Made by a program: the position numbers and the translations under genes. From assembly GCA_964016885.1 (NCBI GenBank), contig OZ024747.1, forward strand, positions 8,494,001 to 8,558,000: a stretch of DNA of 64,000 bases. The letters run 5' to 3'. This stretch comes from Eledone cirrhosa (lineage: Eukaryota). Numbering within the stretch: the stretch's first letter is position 1; each line of letters begins with the position of its first letter. Under the pieces are notes generated by a model. It was not told the DNA's origin and searched no databases. It worked only from the letters and a program-made list of their open reading frames with translations. This document shows positions 41,840 through 54,614 of the stretch, in pieces.

Positions 41840-43390
41840 CTGAAAATAGAAACATCAAAGAAATTAGTTAATGTTACACATTTATATGCTTTATTCTTTT
41901 ATCCTTTTACTAGTTTCAGCCATTAGACTGCAGCCATGCTGGGGCACCACATTGATTTAGTCAATCATATCAACCCCAGAACTTTTTGGGTTTTTTTCAA
42001 GTCTGGTACTTATTTTATCAGTCTCTTTGCTTTGTTGAATCACTAATTCACAGGACATAAACAAAGACGCAGACATAAACATAGATCTGAAGACACACAT
42101 ATATATACATACACACTGTAAAGTGGTCGTCTAGGTGCCACGACAAAAAGCACTCAGTACACACTGTAAAGTAGTCATGTAAGTGCCACGACAAAAATTC
42201 CCCAGCCCACACTGTAAATGTGATTGGCATTAGGAAAGGTATCAAGCCGTAGAAACCAAGCCAAAACCAGTTCCATATGAGCAAGATATGGTCATATGAC
42301 CTGGCTTGTCTGACAATGGAGCAACTCGTCTAACCCATGCTATCAGGGAAAAATGGACATGATGATGATGACAGATATTAAATTATGATCATATATATAT
42401 ATATACATATATACACATCATTTTAATAGGGAGTTAACCCACCAGAGTTGTCCCACACTCCAATCGGTCAACAATAATGCAGATAAAATAAAGTACTCTA
42501 TGATATACATAAATCCACATTTGTATTGGTAGTACAAGTCAGAACATACAGAAGATAAAATATAACGAAGGCCATATGTAGTTATATATAAGTTTATTAT
42601 TTAGAGTTTATTATTTAGCCATTATATATATTTCTCTGGGGTCGATGATCCAGCAGTGTGATTCCTACCCAATCTATCATCCTAAGTTTATCAATACTAG
42701 GGGCCAGGCTCAGTCTGTTGACATAAGGCGAACCAACCCCTGTTATATAGATAAATAGATACATACACACACATAAACACACATATATATCCTCCACTTC
42801 CACCAAGCATGAAACTAATATAACTGTACAAAATTGCCTCCTGTGTTTTGTTTGTTTCATTTATTAATTATATATATATATCATCATCATCGTTTAATGT
42901 CTATCTTCCACGCTAGCATGGGTTTAGACGGGAATTGTCCCACTTGAGGCAAGATTGGTCGTCTCGCTCGTATAGGACTGTCTGGCAGGTTTTCTACGGC
43001 TGGATGCCCTTCCTAACACCAACCACGTTTACAGTGTGGACTGGGAGGTTTTTACCGTGTTATAATATATATATATATATAATCATTATCATCATCGTTT
43101 AACACCCATCTTCCACACTAGCATGGGTTGGACAAATTTGTCCCACTTGAGGCAAGATTGGTAGGGTGACCGTGTCTCGCTTGTAAAGGACTGCTACTGG
43201 CAGGTTTTTTTTTACGGCTGGATGTGCTTCCTAACACCAGCCACATTTACAGTGAGGACCGAGAGCCTTTTTACCGTGTCTCCTACACAAACACTTTACA
43301 GTGTGTGTGTGTGTGGGGGGGGGGGGGCTTTTTGTCATGTCACCTACACAACCACTTTACAATGTGAATTGGATGTTCTGTAGTACCAGG

Positions 43391-43417
<27 letters not shown>

Positions 43418-43421
<4 letters not shown>

Positions 43422-43660
43422 AATAAGATAACAGGGACGATTGGTTACTCCTTCATTACGTTTATTGGTTGGTGACGCGCGTTTTGCCACTGATCAGCTC
43501 AAGGTTCGATCTGTATCGATCTGACCCGACTCTGTAATCCGCGGCTCGTCAGATCCCTTGTAATGTTAATGGAAAAAGAAAAAAAAATTACAGAAACGCG
43601 CGTCACCAACCAATAAACGTAATGAAGGAGTAACCAATTGTCCTTGCTATCTTATTTCAC
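43418..43660. mobile_element. Penelope-like pLTR fragment with ~66-bp inverted arms and a degenerate hammerhead
   Basis: Arm 43418-43484 is the near-perfect reverse complement of 43594-43660; minus strand reads CTGACGA gcc...ggc aaaa cgcgcg TC acc; flanked by (TA)n. Confidence 0.6.
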
Positions 43661-43792
43661 GCTAATACACTCTGTCTAGCTCACCTCGACACTGAAGTGA
43701 ACCTAAACATCAAGTGCTCACCCGGGTGAACATACAGTAACTCCAAGTTACACTCCCTGGATATATATATATGTGTATATATATATATATAT

Positions 43793-44154
43793 ATCATCAT
43801 CATCATTTTACGTCCGCTTTTCCCTGCTTGCAAGGGTGGGACAGGTCTTATTCAGCACAGCATCTCTCCACTCGTCACGGTCCCTCGTCATCTCCACCGT
43901 GAGCTTCAATGATCTGAGGTCTGTTCTCACCACCTCCGCCCATGTTTTTCATGGTCTACCTCTACCACGTCTTCCTTCAACTGGCATTTCCTGGCACTTC
44001 TTCACCCATCAGTCATCCTCCATGCGCATCACATGTCCATACCACCTCAGTCTCCTCTCCCGTACACTACATTCTATCCCTCTCAGACATAGTTTCTCTC
44101 TCAACACATTTATGCTGGGTCGTTCATGCACATTTACACTGCACATCCAACGGA
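43793..44154 (-). mobile_element. RTE-clade LINE 3' end (well preserved)
   Basis: RWMCSVNVHERPSINVLREKLCLRGIECSVRERRLRWYGHVMRMED...GRRGRGRP*KTWAEVVRTDL...DRDEWR followed by a (GAT)n tail. Confidence 0.88.
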
Positions 44155-44523
44155 TATATTATATATATTAGTATAGTAACCGTGAAAATGATGGGGTTTT
44201 GTAGAAAAAATATTTAATTCCTTGATTACAACATTCTATGTAAAGATGCTTGAATTTTTTTATTTTCCTTGACTTTCTCTTTCATGTTACTCCAGCCTTC
44301 GCTGTATTTCATTTAATATTCATTTTAATCAATTACAATAATTTTTTTCCATAATTTCTTTAATCATTATCAAACATATATTTACTAAATTACAATGACA
44401 TTGGTCTATCTATCGAATGAAACAGTTCTAGTCCTGTAGAAGCCATTTCTATATTAAATATTTATACTCTGTTATGTATTGAGTACCTTACTTACTGTGG
44501 TTACCCCCGATTGAACCCGGGAT

Positions 44524-44554
<31 letters not shown>

Positions 44555-44701
44555 AACTGTATCCATTCAAATCTTTCTATTTTTCTCCGGATTACTTTTG
44601 GAACTACAACTGGAACCGTCGAGCAAACTCTACGTGAGCTGTCCATCTACTGTGTGTAATATTTATATTACAACACTACTATATATATATATATATATAT
44701 A

Positions 44702-45023
44702 GACCGGGTGATGTGTTGTTTCCTTGAGCAAGACACTTTATTTCACATTGCTCCAGTTTACTCAGCTGTAGAAATGAGATGATAGGGACTGGGGTCCCTA
44801 TCATCTCACTGCAAGGTGGTCGTGGAGGTGCCACGGCAAAAAAAAGCACCCAGCCCACACTGCAAAGTGGTCGTGGAGGTGCCACGAAAAAAAAAGCACC
44901 CAGCACTCACTGTAAATGAGGTTGGTGTTAGGAAGGGCATCCAGCTGTAGAAATCAAGCCAGAATCAGTTCCCGTCCCACCCTTGCAAGCAGGGAAAAGC
45001 GGACATAAAATGATGATGATGAT
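44702..45023 (+). mobile_element. Same SINE family, 5'-truncated copy with an internal duplication
   Basis: Reverse complement of 37180-37470; the ~55-bp ggtgccacg...aaagcacccagc segment is present twice. Confidence 0.85.
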
Positions 45024-45475
45024 ATATGTTGGGACTACTGTTGGGATTTGTGCTTTGTTGTAGAAAAATAGATACATTAGTAAAGATACCTGACAGACAG
45101 ACAAATAGGTAAGACAGGTAGGTGGCTAGGTAGGTAGGGAGGTAGGTAGAGAGAGGCAGGGAGGGAGGTAGGTAGGTAGAGAGAGGGAGGTAGAGAGAGA
45201 GAGAGGAAGGTAGGTAGAGAGAGAGGGAGGTAGGTAGGTAGGTAGTTAGGTAGCTAGATAGAGAGATAGGTAGGTAGGTGGGTAGATAGATAGGTAGGTG
45301 GGTAGGTAGGTTTTTGGGTGGGTGACTGACTGTTATGTCACGAAAGTCCTCAAACGATTCTATCAGAAATTAAGTGGTTCCCACCCTGGGGTCCACACAT
45401 CCCCCACATCAAGTTGGTGGGGCAATCCATAGATTTAGAACTAAGTACATTTCATGTATGCTATTAAAAACATAA

Positions 45476-45545
45476 TACACACACACACACACACACACAG
45501 ACACGCACAGACAGACACGCGTGCACGTACAGACACACACACGCA

Positions 45546-45599
<54 letters not shown>

Positions 45600-45886
45600 G
45601 ACAGACACGCGTGCACGTACAGACACACACACACACACACGCACTCACACACTCACACACACACACACGCACAGACAGACACGCGTACACGTACAGACAC
45701 ACACACACACACACACACACTCACACACAGACACACACACATACACACGGACACGTACACTCACACACAGGCACACATACACACACGTACACGTACACAC
45801 ACACAGACAGACACGCACACACGTACACGTACAGACACGCACACACACACACACACACAGACACACACACACAGAGACACGCACAC
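45476..45886. repeat. (CA)n compound microsatellite
   Basis: Direct inspection. Confidence 0.92.
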
Positions 45887-45950
45887 TATTAGATATATGT
45901 TCTTCTTTAAGTGTAAACACTTGTTTGTTTTCATTGTTAATCTGTCTTTT

Positions 45951-46148
45951 ACCAGGTGTCCCCCAGTTTAGAGCAGGTACACTGTATCATTGCCAGGTGT
46001 CCCCCAGTTTAGAGCAGGTACACTGTATCATTACCAGGTGTCCCCCAGTTTAGAGCAGGTACACTGTATCATTACCAGGTGTCCCCCAGTTTAGAGCAGG
46101 TACACTGTATCATTACCAGGTGTCCCCCAGTTTAGAGCAGGTACACTA
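45951..46148. repeat. 41-bp tandem repeat accaggtgtcccccagtttagagcaggtacactgtatcatt, about 4.8 copies
   Basis: Near-perfect contiguous copies without spacers. Confidence 0.93.
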
Positions 46149-46242
46149 TCATTGCATGTTGTAAAAGGGTTGGCACCAACAGTCTGAAACCTGTCAGTAA
46201 GAAGGGGAAGGAGGAGGTGATGGGAAATGGCCATAAAATGCT

Positions 46243-46897
46243 TGTTGATGTTGTTGTTGGTGTTGATAGTGGTGATTGTTGTTGTCATTGTTGTTGGGTG
46301 GTGGTGGTGGTAGTTGTGGTTGTTGTTGTTGCTGTTGATGTTGATGGTGTTGATAGTGGTGATTGTTGTTGTCATTGTTGTTGGGTGGTGGTGGTGGTAG
46401 TTGTGGTTGTTGTTGTTGCTGTTGATGTTGATGGTGTTGATAGTGGTGATTGTTGTTGTCATTGTTGTTGGGTGGTGGTGGTGGTAGTTGTGGTTGTTGT
46501 TGTTGTTGATGTTGATGGTGTTGATAGTGGTGATTGTTGTTGTCATTGTTGTTGGGTGGTGGTGGTGGTAGTTGTGGTTGTTGTTGTTGTTGTTGCTGTT
46601 GATGTTGATGGTGTTGATAGTGGTGATTGTTGTTGTCATTGTTGTTGGGTGGTGGTGGTGGTAGTTGTGGTTGTTGTTGTTGTTGCTGTTGATGTTGATG
46701 GTGTTGATAGTGGTGATTGTTGTTGTCATTGTTGTTGGGTGGTGGTGGTGGTAGTTGTGGTTGTTGTTGTTGTTGCTGTTGATGTTGTTGTTGGGTGGTG
46801 GTGGTAGTTGTGGTTGTTGTTGTTGTTGATGTTGTTGTTGGTGTTGGGTGGTGGTGGTGGTAGTTGTGGTGGTTGTTGTTGTTGGGTGGTGGTGGTG

Positions 46898-46973
<76 letters not shown>

Positions 46974-47290
46974 TGTGGTTGTGGTGGTGGTGGTGGTGGT
47001 TGTTGTTGCTGTTGTTGTTGATGTTGTTGTTGGTGTTGGGGGGTGTGGTGATTGTTGTTGTTTGTTGTTGTTGTTGTTGCTGTTGGGTGGTGGTGGTGAT
47101 TGTTGTTGTTGTTGTTGTTGGGTGGTGGTGGTGGTGATTGTTGTTGTTTGTTGTTGTTGTTGTGTGGTAGTGGTGGTGGTGGTGGTGGTGATGATTGTTG
47201 TCTGTTATTGTTGTTGTTGTTGGGTGGGGGTGGGGGTGGGGGTGGGGGTGATGATTGTTGTTGTTGTTGTTGGGTGGGGGTTGTTATTAT
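46243..47290. repeat. (GTT/GGT)n array with a ~84-93-bp higher-order unit, about 6 copies
   Basis: Direct inspection. Confidence 0.92.
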
Positions 47291-47700
47291 TCCTACAGTA
47301 TAGTAAAGTAACCTGTCACTTCTGGCATAATAGGTCTGGCTATTCAGGGCTAACTTGGGCACTAAACAACAACGACAGCATTAACAGCAACAACAACAAC
47401 AGTAATAACAACAACAACAACAGCAACAACCCCTTATAATATAAAAGGGACAGGTCTAAATAATAAAAAGCTATTTAGTGGTATAGTATAGAGTAGTTTC
47501 CCCAGTGCACTGTTTCCTCTCTCACTAATATAATATTAATGATATTTGGTAAGGCCCAGATTATCAATTAATCATTGTAGCAACAGTTCTGCTCTTGGCT
47601 AGTTAATCCAAGAGATTCTTATTGATTTTTCTCTCCAAGTGAAAAAGGAAAGCAACTGAGTCAACACAGCAACTTCTATGTAGTCAGTCAACCAATTCAA

Positions 47701-48080
47701 ATCTCTCTCTCTCTCTCTCACACACCATCTCTCTCTCACACACCATCTCTCTCTCACACACCATCTCTCTCTCACACACCATCTCTCTCTCTCTCACCAG
47801 CTCTCTCTCACCAGCTCTCTCTCTCTCACCAGCTCTCTCTCTCTCACCAGCTCTCTCTCTCACCATCTCTCTCTCTCTCACTAGCTCTCTCTCTCACCAG
47901 CTCTCTCTTTCACCAGCTCTCTCTTTCACCAGCTCTCTCTCACACCATCTCTCTCTCACACCATCTCTCTCTCTCTCTCTCACACCATCTCTCTCTCTCT
48001 CTCTCTCACCAGGTCTCTCTCACACCATCTCTCTCTCTCTCTCACACACACCAGCTCTCTCTCTTTCTCTCTCACACACC

Positions 48081-48151
<71 letters not shown>

Positions 48152-48660
48152 TCCCACACCATCCCTCTCCATCTCCCACACCATCTCTCTCTTCACATCA
48201 TCTCTCTCTTTCTCACCATCTTTCTCTCTCTCTCTCACCATCTTTCTCTCTCTCTCTCTCACCATCTTTCTTTCTCTCTCTCTCTCACCATCTTTCTTTC
48301 TCTCTTCACATCTCTCTCTCTCTCCATCTCTCTCTCCACACCTCTCTCTTCCTCACCATCTCTCTTCGTCTCTCTCTTCCTCACCATCTCTCTTCATCTC
48401 TCTCTCTTTCTCACCATCTCTCTCTCTCTCCTTATCTCTCTTCACCTCTCCTTCTCCCTTTTTCTCTCCACTCCATATCTCTCTCCATCTCTCTCTCTCC
48501 TTCCCCCCTCTCTCCATCCATCCCTCCCCCTCTCTCCATCCATCCCTCCCCCTCTCTCCATCCCTCCCCCCTCTCTCCATTACTCCCTCTCCATCTCTCC
48601 CTCTCCATCTCTCCCCCCTCCCTCTCTTTCCCTCTCTCTCTCCAGCCCTTCCTCTCCTTA
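47701..48660. repeat. CT-rich compound microsatellite ((CT)n cacca(t/g))
   Basis: Direct inspection. Confidence 0.92.
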
Positions 48661-48809
48661 CCTTTCTCTCAGAACATGTGAGGTGGGGAAGGAGGAAGAC
48701 AGACACTGCATGTTTTAAGATCTAAATCTAAGGAAACCTGGCCACAAAGATAAGATTGCCACAACAATGCTAATAGAATGTTTAAATAATCAACTATGTT
48801 GGTACCATA

Positions 48810-49140
48810 TGTGTGTTGAACCTCCATTGGGTCTGACGACAACTGTTCCAGTTTATTGGATCAATAGAACAGCCTGCTTGGGAAATTAATGTGCTAGTAG
48901 TTGAGCATACCACAGTCATGTGTACTGTACCTTTTATATAGTTCTCAGGGAGATTCAGCATGACACAAGGTTTGACAAGGCCACTGCTTTGAATTATGAG
49001 TTACAACTCATTTTTGCCAGCTGAGTGAACTGAAGCGATGTGAAGTAAAGTGTCTTGCTCAAGGACACAACCAGCAAGAATTGAACTCATGACCTTACAG
49101 TTATGAGCTGAATACCTTCACCACTAAGCCACATGCCTCC
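48810..49140 (-). mobile_element. Related tRNA/CORE-like SINE (third tail type)
   Basis: Head ggaggcatgtggcttagtgg and central gtccttgagcaagacacttt block. Confidence 0.7.
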
Positions 49141-49384
49141 CCATCATTGTACCGGAAGCCTGTTGAAACAGAGGTCAGGGGCTATAAGAGGCAGGGTCGG
49201 TTAGAAGATCAATGTGGGACCTTCCAGTGAGAGTCTTATTGCTCTAGAGTTTACCTGTATAGAGTCATTAATCATGACTGACAAACTAAACCCCAGAGTA
49301 ACAGGACACTGACTCAAACTTAATAAAGTTATCAAGCTCTATTATGGTGTTATCAATACAAAACATATATATATATATACATAT

Positions 49385-49530
49385 ATATATTTATTAAAAT
49401 AACAGATTCAAGTTTAAGCAAAGAATCGCTGCTTTCACCCTTAACGGGATCTTCTGAAACTAACAAAGTCAATCTGTAAACGCAGAACTGGATATTTCAA
49501 AAAACGTTGCAACCGGAGGAAGACAGGAAG
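49385..49530. mobile_element. Dispersed repeat next to (TA)n, with an inverted second copy at about 62100-62256
   Basis: The segment aagcaaagaatcgctgctttcacccttaa(c/t)gggatcttctgaaacta is shared in opposite orientations. Confidence 0.7.
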
Positions 49531-50676
49531 ACGATACTTTGGTTCGTGGAAACGTTCGCTGGCAAAGAACGGGAAAAAACGAATAATACGTCATTAAAAG
49601 GAGCGGTGAAAAACAATTACGCACAAAGACAGAACCACGTTTAGGTATAAAAGAGGTCGTAGACTAATGTTCTCTTAGGTGGTGCATAGAGACGTTCATT
49701 GGCAATGAACGAAAAAACGAAGATAATAAGTCATATGTGGAGCGTGGAGAACAATAGCACGCAAAGACAAAATCACGTAAATAGTATAGTAGAAGTTGTA
49801 GACTAAAATTCTAACTAGGAGACCAAATGAATCTCCACTACAGAGTTAAGAACAAAGTAAATAAATACAATACAGAAGTAATAGAAATAAATAAATACAT
49901 ACATGCAAACAAATACGTACATACACAAGCATACGCAAAACCTTACCATAGGTATACAACCACGCACATATAAATATGTGTGTGTGTGTGTATGCTTGTG
50001 TACAAATAAATAAATAATTATATAAACGTATATAAGTAAATAAATACGTATATAACAAGCGCACACACATACCTACATATAAATACACGAATGTTCGGAG
50101 ACGTAAGTCAACTAAAACAAGAAGTACACATATACACACACCCATCATACGTACGAACCTGCACACTCACGCGGACGCAAAACTCTCGTATACACATAGC
50201 CAAACCCTTATCGAGCCCTCTTTGGATTTTAGTCTTCAATTTTATTATAGTATTTAATACAGAAATAGCTTCTATAGGACAAGAACTGTACCTTACTTAC
50301 TCTGGTTGCTCCCGATTTAACTTGGAATCTAGAGAGAGATAGAGAGAGTTCTATACGAATGAGACACGGTCACCTGATCAATCTTGCCTTGAGGGGGACA
50401 AACCCGTCTAGCCCGTACTAGTATGGAAGATGGACGTTAAACGATGATGATGATAATGAAGATGATATAATGTCTTGTATCGTAGAACCAAGGGTGGTTT
50501 TGGGTGGTTTGGTATCAAAAGGGTTAATAGTAAACATTTTCAAAAGAGTGAATACTTTTGCAGCCTCATTCAATACTTCTGACTCTTCAGATAAAGTCAC
50601 ACAACCACCATTTAAAATACTACCGTATAAAGGTGTGTTTTATGAACGCCATTATATCCAAACATATTAAATGAAG

Positions 50677-50858
50677 TGGATTGGCAGTATCAATAGAGGG
50701 TCGGACGCCATGCTTTCCAGCATAGTTACGTCCCTTTACGATCTGAGTTCAAATCCCGCCGAGGTTGACTTTGCCTTTCATCCTTACGGGGTCGATAAAA
50801 TAAAGTACCAGTAATGCACTAGGTAATTGCTGGCCTTGTGCCTAAAGTAGAGACAATT
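50677..50858 (+). mobile_element. Second SINE family copy (plus orientation)
   Basis: Reverse complement of 20259-20448. Confidence 0.8.
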
Positions 50859-50890
50859 AAATGAAAGAACTCAATTGATTAGGTCCTAAT

Positions 50891-51003
50891 CAGTGGTTCC
50901 AAAAGTGTGCACTGGAGTACAGTAGTGCACCACCAGATGTAGTTAGGTGTGCTGCAAAAGTGCAAGATTCTATTTCAAAGTGTAAAAAATACAAAATGAA
51001 GTT
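50891..51003 (+). mobile_element. hAT-like (CAGTGGTTCC-terminated) non-autonomous element fragment
   Basis: Terminal cagtggttcc motif; inverted homolog at 54351-54418; related CAGTG-terminated pieces at about 51400-51496 (-), 53137-53230 and 54164-54255. Confidence 0.5.
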
Positions 51004-51004
51004 T

Positions 51005-51172
51005 GTAATAATTGTTTCTACGTTTTGGCACAAGGCCAGAAATTACCCCAGTGCATTACTGGTACTTTATTTTATCGACCCCGTAAGGATGAAAGGCAAA
51101 GTTAACCTCGGCGGAATTTGAACTCAGAATGGCAAGGGCCGTAACTCTATGTGTCAAAGCATGGCGTCCGAC
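51005..51172 (-). mobile_element. Second SINE family copy
   Basis: Near-identical to 33800-33970. Confidence 0.8.
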
Positions 51173-52082
51173 CACAAAGGGAGAAACTGTTAATCTAAGA
51201 ATGAAAACATTGCTAAACACACACCAAGCTCATGTCTCTCATTTTTAACTTTATTGACTAAAGTACAAATAATTTTTTTCTGTATTTTTAATTATCTATT
51301 TCTACTTTATTCTATGTTAATATATATTACTCTATTACTCTATTAAGTGTTCCAGCCGACAAGCTGAGACCATGCTGGGGCACCGCCTTATAACTCTTTT
51401 GAATAATTTTGTTGAATTTAAGCACAAAGAGCACCAAAATATTTTTATTTGCTCTAAAGTGTGCCATAACTAAAAAACAAAGATTGGGAACCACTGGGTT
51501 ATGGTGTTTGACCATAAGGTCAAGGGTTTGATTCTCAAACTGAGTGGTGCACTGTGTCCTGAGTAAGACACTTCCCTTTGTTCCAATTCACCCAGTTGTG
51601 ATGGACTGACATCCTGTCAGTCATTTAACATCAAAGAAACTGAAATAAGCTAAAGGCTGTAAATCCTCTGGGTTTCTGACAGACCTTACAGGATGGACTG
51701 GGTGCTTTTATAGTGGTACCAGACCATAATATTTATCTAAAACCATCCATCGTTATTTTACTAAGAACCTCTGTTATGTTTTGTTCCAGGCACCATATTA
51801 GTAATGAGAAGGTTAGTTATATTACTAAATCCCTTCAAATTCTTCATTATTTTCAAAAACAATTATTTTCAAATTACTTGGAAAAAATAGACAATATCCT
51901 TCATTAGAAATATGATAACAAAAATGTTAAATGTCTGTTAAACATTTGCCTGATAGACATTTTTGGAAGGTCTTGCAGCTATTATGTTGACCTGTGAACT
52001 TACAAATACCTTTCTTTCAACTCTTATTTGTTAACACAGCCCACCTCTGCAATAAAGCTACATACAGAAAGACACATCTTAC

Positions 52083-52097
52083 ATAATCCTTTGGATT
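52083..52097 (-). CDS. Candidate 15-nt microexon (phase 0-0): NPKDY
   Basis: Context tttttcagttgactaagtag|aatccaaaggattat|gtaagat; same architecture as 19434-19448. Confidence 0.4.
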
Positions 52098-53397
52098 CTA
52101 CTTAGTCAACTGAAAAATCGTCTCTTTTATCCGTCTTCTCCAAATACTCTTTTATAATCTCTCTCTAGCATTAAATCACATTACCCCTGATTCATGATTA
52201 TATTTCTAATGCAATACACTCTATTCCAATTAATTAATGAAGAAATTTGAAGGATTTACTAAAATTATTTATTATAAGATAGTAGTGGAAAATTGATGTT
52301 AAATGGTGATGATGATGGTTCTTATATAAAATTATATTGTAGAATTTTTTATTTAAATAGAACCCTTTAATAATAATAATGAAATTGTTGTGTACAGTGC
52401 TCAGGTGCACTACAACTCATCAAAGGTGCATGTATAGTACATAGAACAATGTTCAAATGTCAGGAAAATGAACAGTGTACGAGTCACGAAATACATGTAT
52501 GCAAGTGTATTGAGAGAGGACATCAGGTGTAGTGTTGGCGAATCTCAGGAAGCATGGAGGTTTTAAAGGATGCAGATAGATGATTTTGTTTCATAGAACC
52601 AGAGCTGGTTATGGCTAGGTTGATATCAAAAAGGTTAATGAAGAATTTTGAGGTATTTATTAAATTACTAATTATTTTATGACTAAGATAGTAACTTAAC
52701 ACATGGTTCTTATATAAAATTATGCTGGAAGATTTTAATTTAAACAGGATCCATTTAAAATGGATGATTTTGTTTTCACAGAACCAGAGCTGGTTTTCAC
52801 CAGGCTGGTATCTAAATGGTTAAGTAAAAACTAGCCTTTTATTTATTTATTAACTTATGGAAAGACCTACCCCTAACAAATGAAGGAATAAGGAACATTT
52901 TATATATTTCATGAAATGTTTGATCGATTCCTCTCTTTTGCCAATTATCTTCTGCACATTCTATCAAGGACAAAATGTTATTTTTTCCCTTGTGCTGAGA
53001 GAGATAAATGAATGTGATTATTGTTGAGAATATAAAACAAGTAAATCCCCATATTTGATCTTTAGTGTCACGACTACTTATAAAAGAACTATAAAAATAA
53101 AATAACATGTTATATAGAACCATACTAACTTCTAAATCAGTGATTTCCAAATATATTTTATTCACAACTCACTTTAGAACAAGTAAAAATATGTTGGCAC
53201 ACTTTCTACCTAAATTGGAAAATTACTTCAAAATAGGTATTTATACATAATAGCATAGAAATATAGATAAATGTATGTATGGACTCATGACATAAGGTGT
53301 TTCTTAGGTCTTTTAAACCTAGTGAAGCCTAACCCTCTTCAGGATAAATAATTAATAATTTAGAGCAAAAATATTTGTACTTCTTTTTTTTCTCAAC

Positions 53398-54162
53398 ATC
53401 TACACACTGTATCTATCTACACAGTAAACATGTACACATGTACACATATACACACTGTATCTATCTACACAGTAAACATGTACACATATACACACTGTAT
53501 CTATCTACACAGTAAACATGTACACATATACACACTGTATCTATCTACACAGTAAACATGTACACATATACACACTGTATCTATCTACACAGTAAACATG
53601 TACACATATACACACTGTATCTATCTACACAGTAAACATGTACACATATACACACTGTATCTATATATACAGTAAACATCTACACATATACACACTGTAT
53701 CTATATATACAGTAAACATGTACACATACACACACTGTATCTATCTACACAGTAAACATGTATACATCTACACACTGTATCTATCTACACAGTAAACATG
53801 TACACATATACACACTGTATCTATATATACAGTAAACATCTACACATATACACACTGTATCTATATATACAGTAAACATGTACACATACACACACTGTAT
53901 CTATCTACACAGTTAACATCTACACATCTATATACACAGTTCACATATACACACTGTATCTATATATACAATAAACATGTACACATATACACACTGTATC
54001 TATATATACAGTAAACATCTACACATCTACACACTGTATCTATCTACACAGTCAACATCTACACATCTACACACTGTATCTATCTATACAGTCAACATCT
54101 ACACATCTATATACACAGTTCACATATACACACTGTATCTATCCACCCAGTCAACATCTACA
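53398..54162. repeat. 40-bp minisatellite acacactgtatctatctacacagtaaacatgtacacatat, about 18 copies
   Basis: Direct inspection. Confidence 0.93.
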
Positions 54163-54614
54163 CCAGTGATTCCCAAACTCTCTATATACACAGTACACTT
54201 TACAACAGGTAAAAATATTTTGGTACACTTTGTGCTTAACTTCAAAAGAATTATTGTGTCTTTTTCTGCAATGTTTTCATTCTTAGATTAACAGTTTCCC
54301 TCTTAGACATCGTTTAACGTCCATATTCCAGCAGTTGCATATCAACTTTATTAGAAATTTTATTTGGTATTTTTTACACTTTAAAATAGAATCTTGCACT
54401 TTTGCAACACACCTAATTATATCTTATGGAAGTAACCAAGACTGCATAAATGTGTGTTTTTTAGTATAAATGTAATTATGCCAAATATAACTATTTCCCT
54501 GTAAATTGAAAAGATGTTTAACACCTTTATTTTGATTTTCAAGTCTAGTTGAGATTTCATCAGAAGTTGTATATACCATCTAAACAGCCACAAAGAAATA
54601 TATAATTGAGGCAC

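Noticed and set aside
45951-46148. 41-bp repeats resembling CRISPR direct repeats
   Set aside because: The copies are contiguous, with no spacers.
46091-47439. Poly-N/Q/H/T 423-aa ORF
   Set aside because: A trinucleotide array open in multiple frames on both strands.
49420-49465. Hammerhead in the 49385/62100 repeat (CAGAAGA..GAAA)
   Set aside because: Both copies have CAGA instead of CUGA and no convincing stem I or cleavage triplet.
50296-50332. 28-nt exon-like segment with a gtaagt donor
   Set aside because: Its length is not a multiple of 3, the pyrimidine tract comes from a (GA)n repeat, and the sequence is part of a dispersed repeat (copy at ~44484-44522).
52173-52200. 21-nt exon-like KYNHESG on the minus strand
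   Set aside because: It lies in the terminal part of the TTAA-type MITE family and has a weak acceptor.
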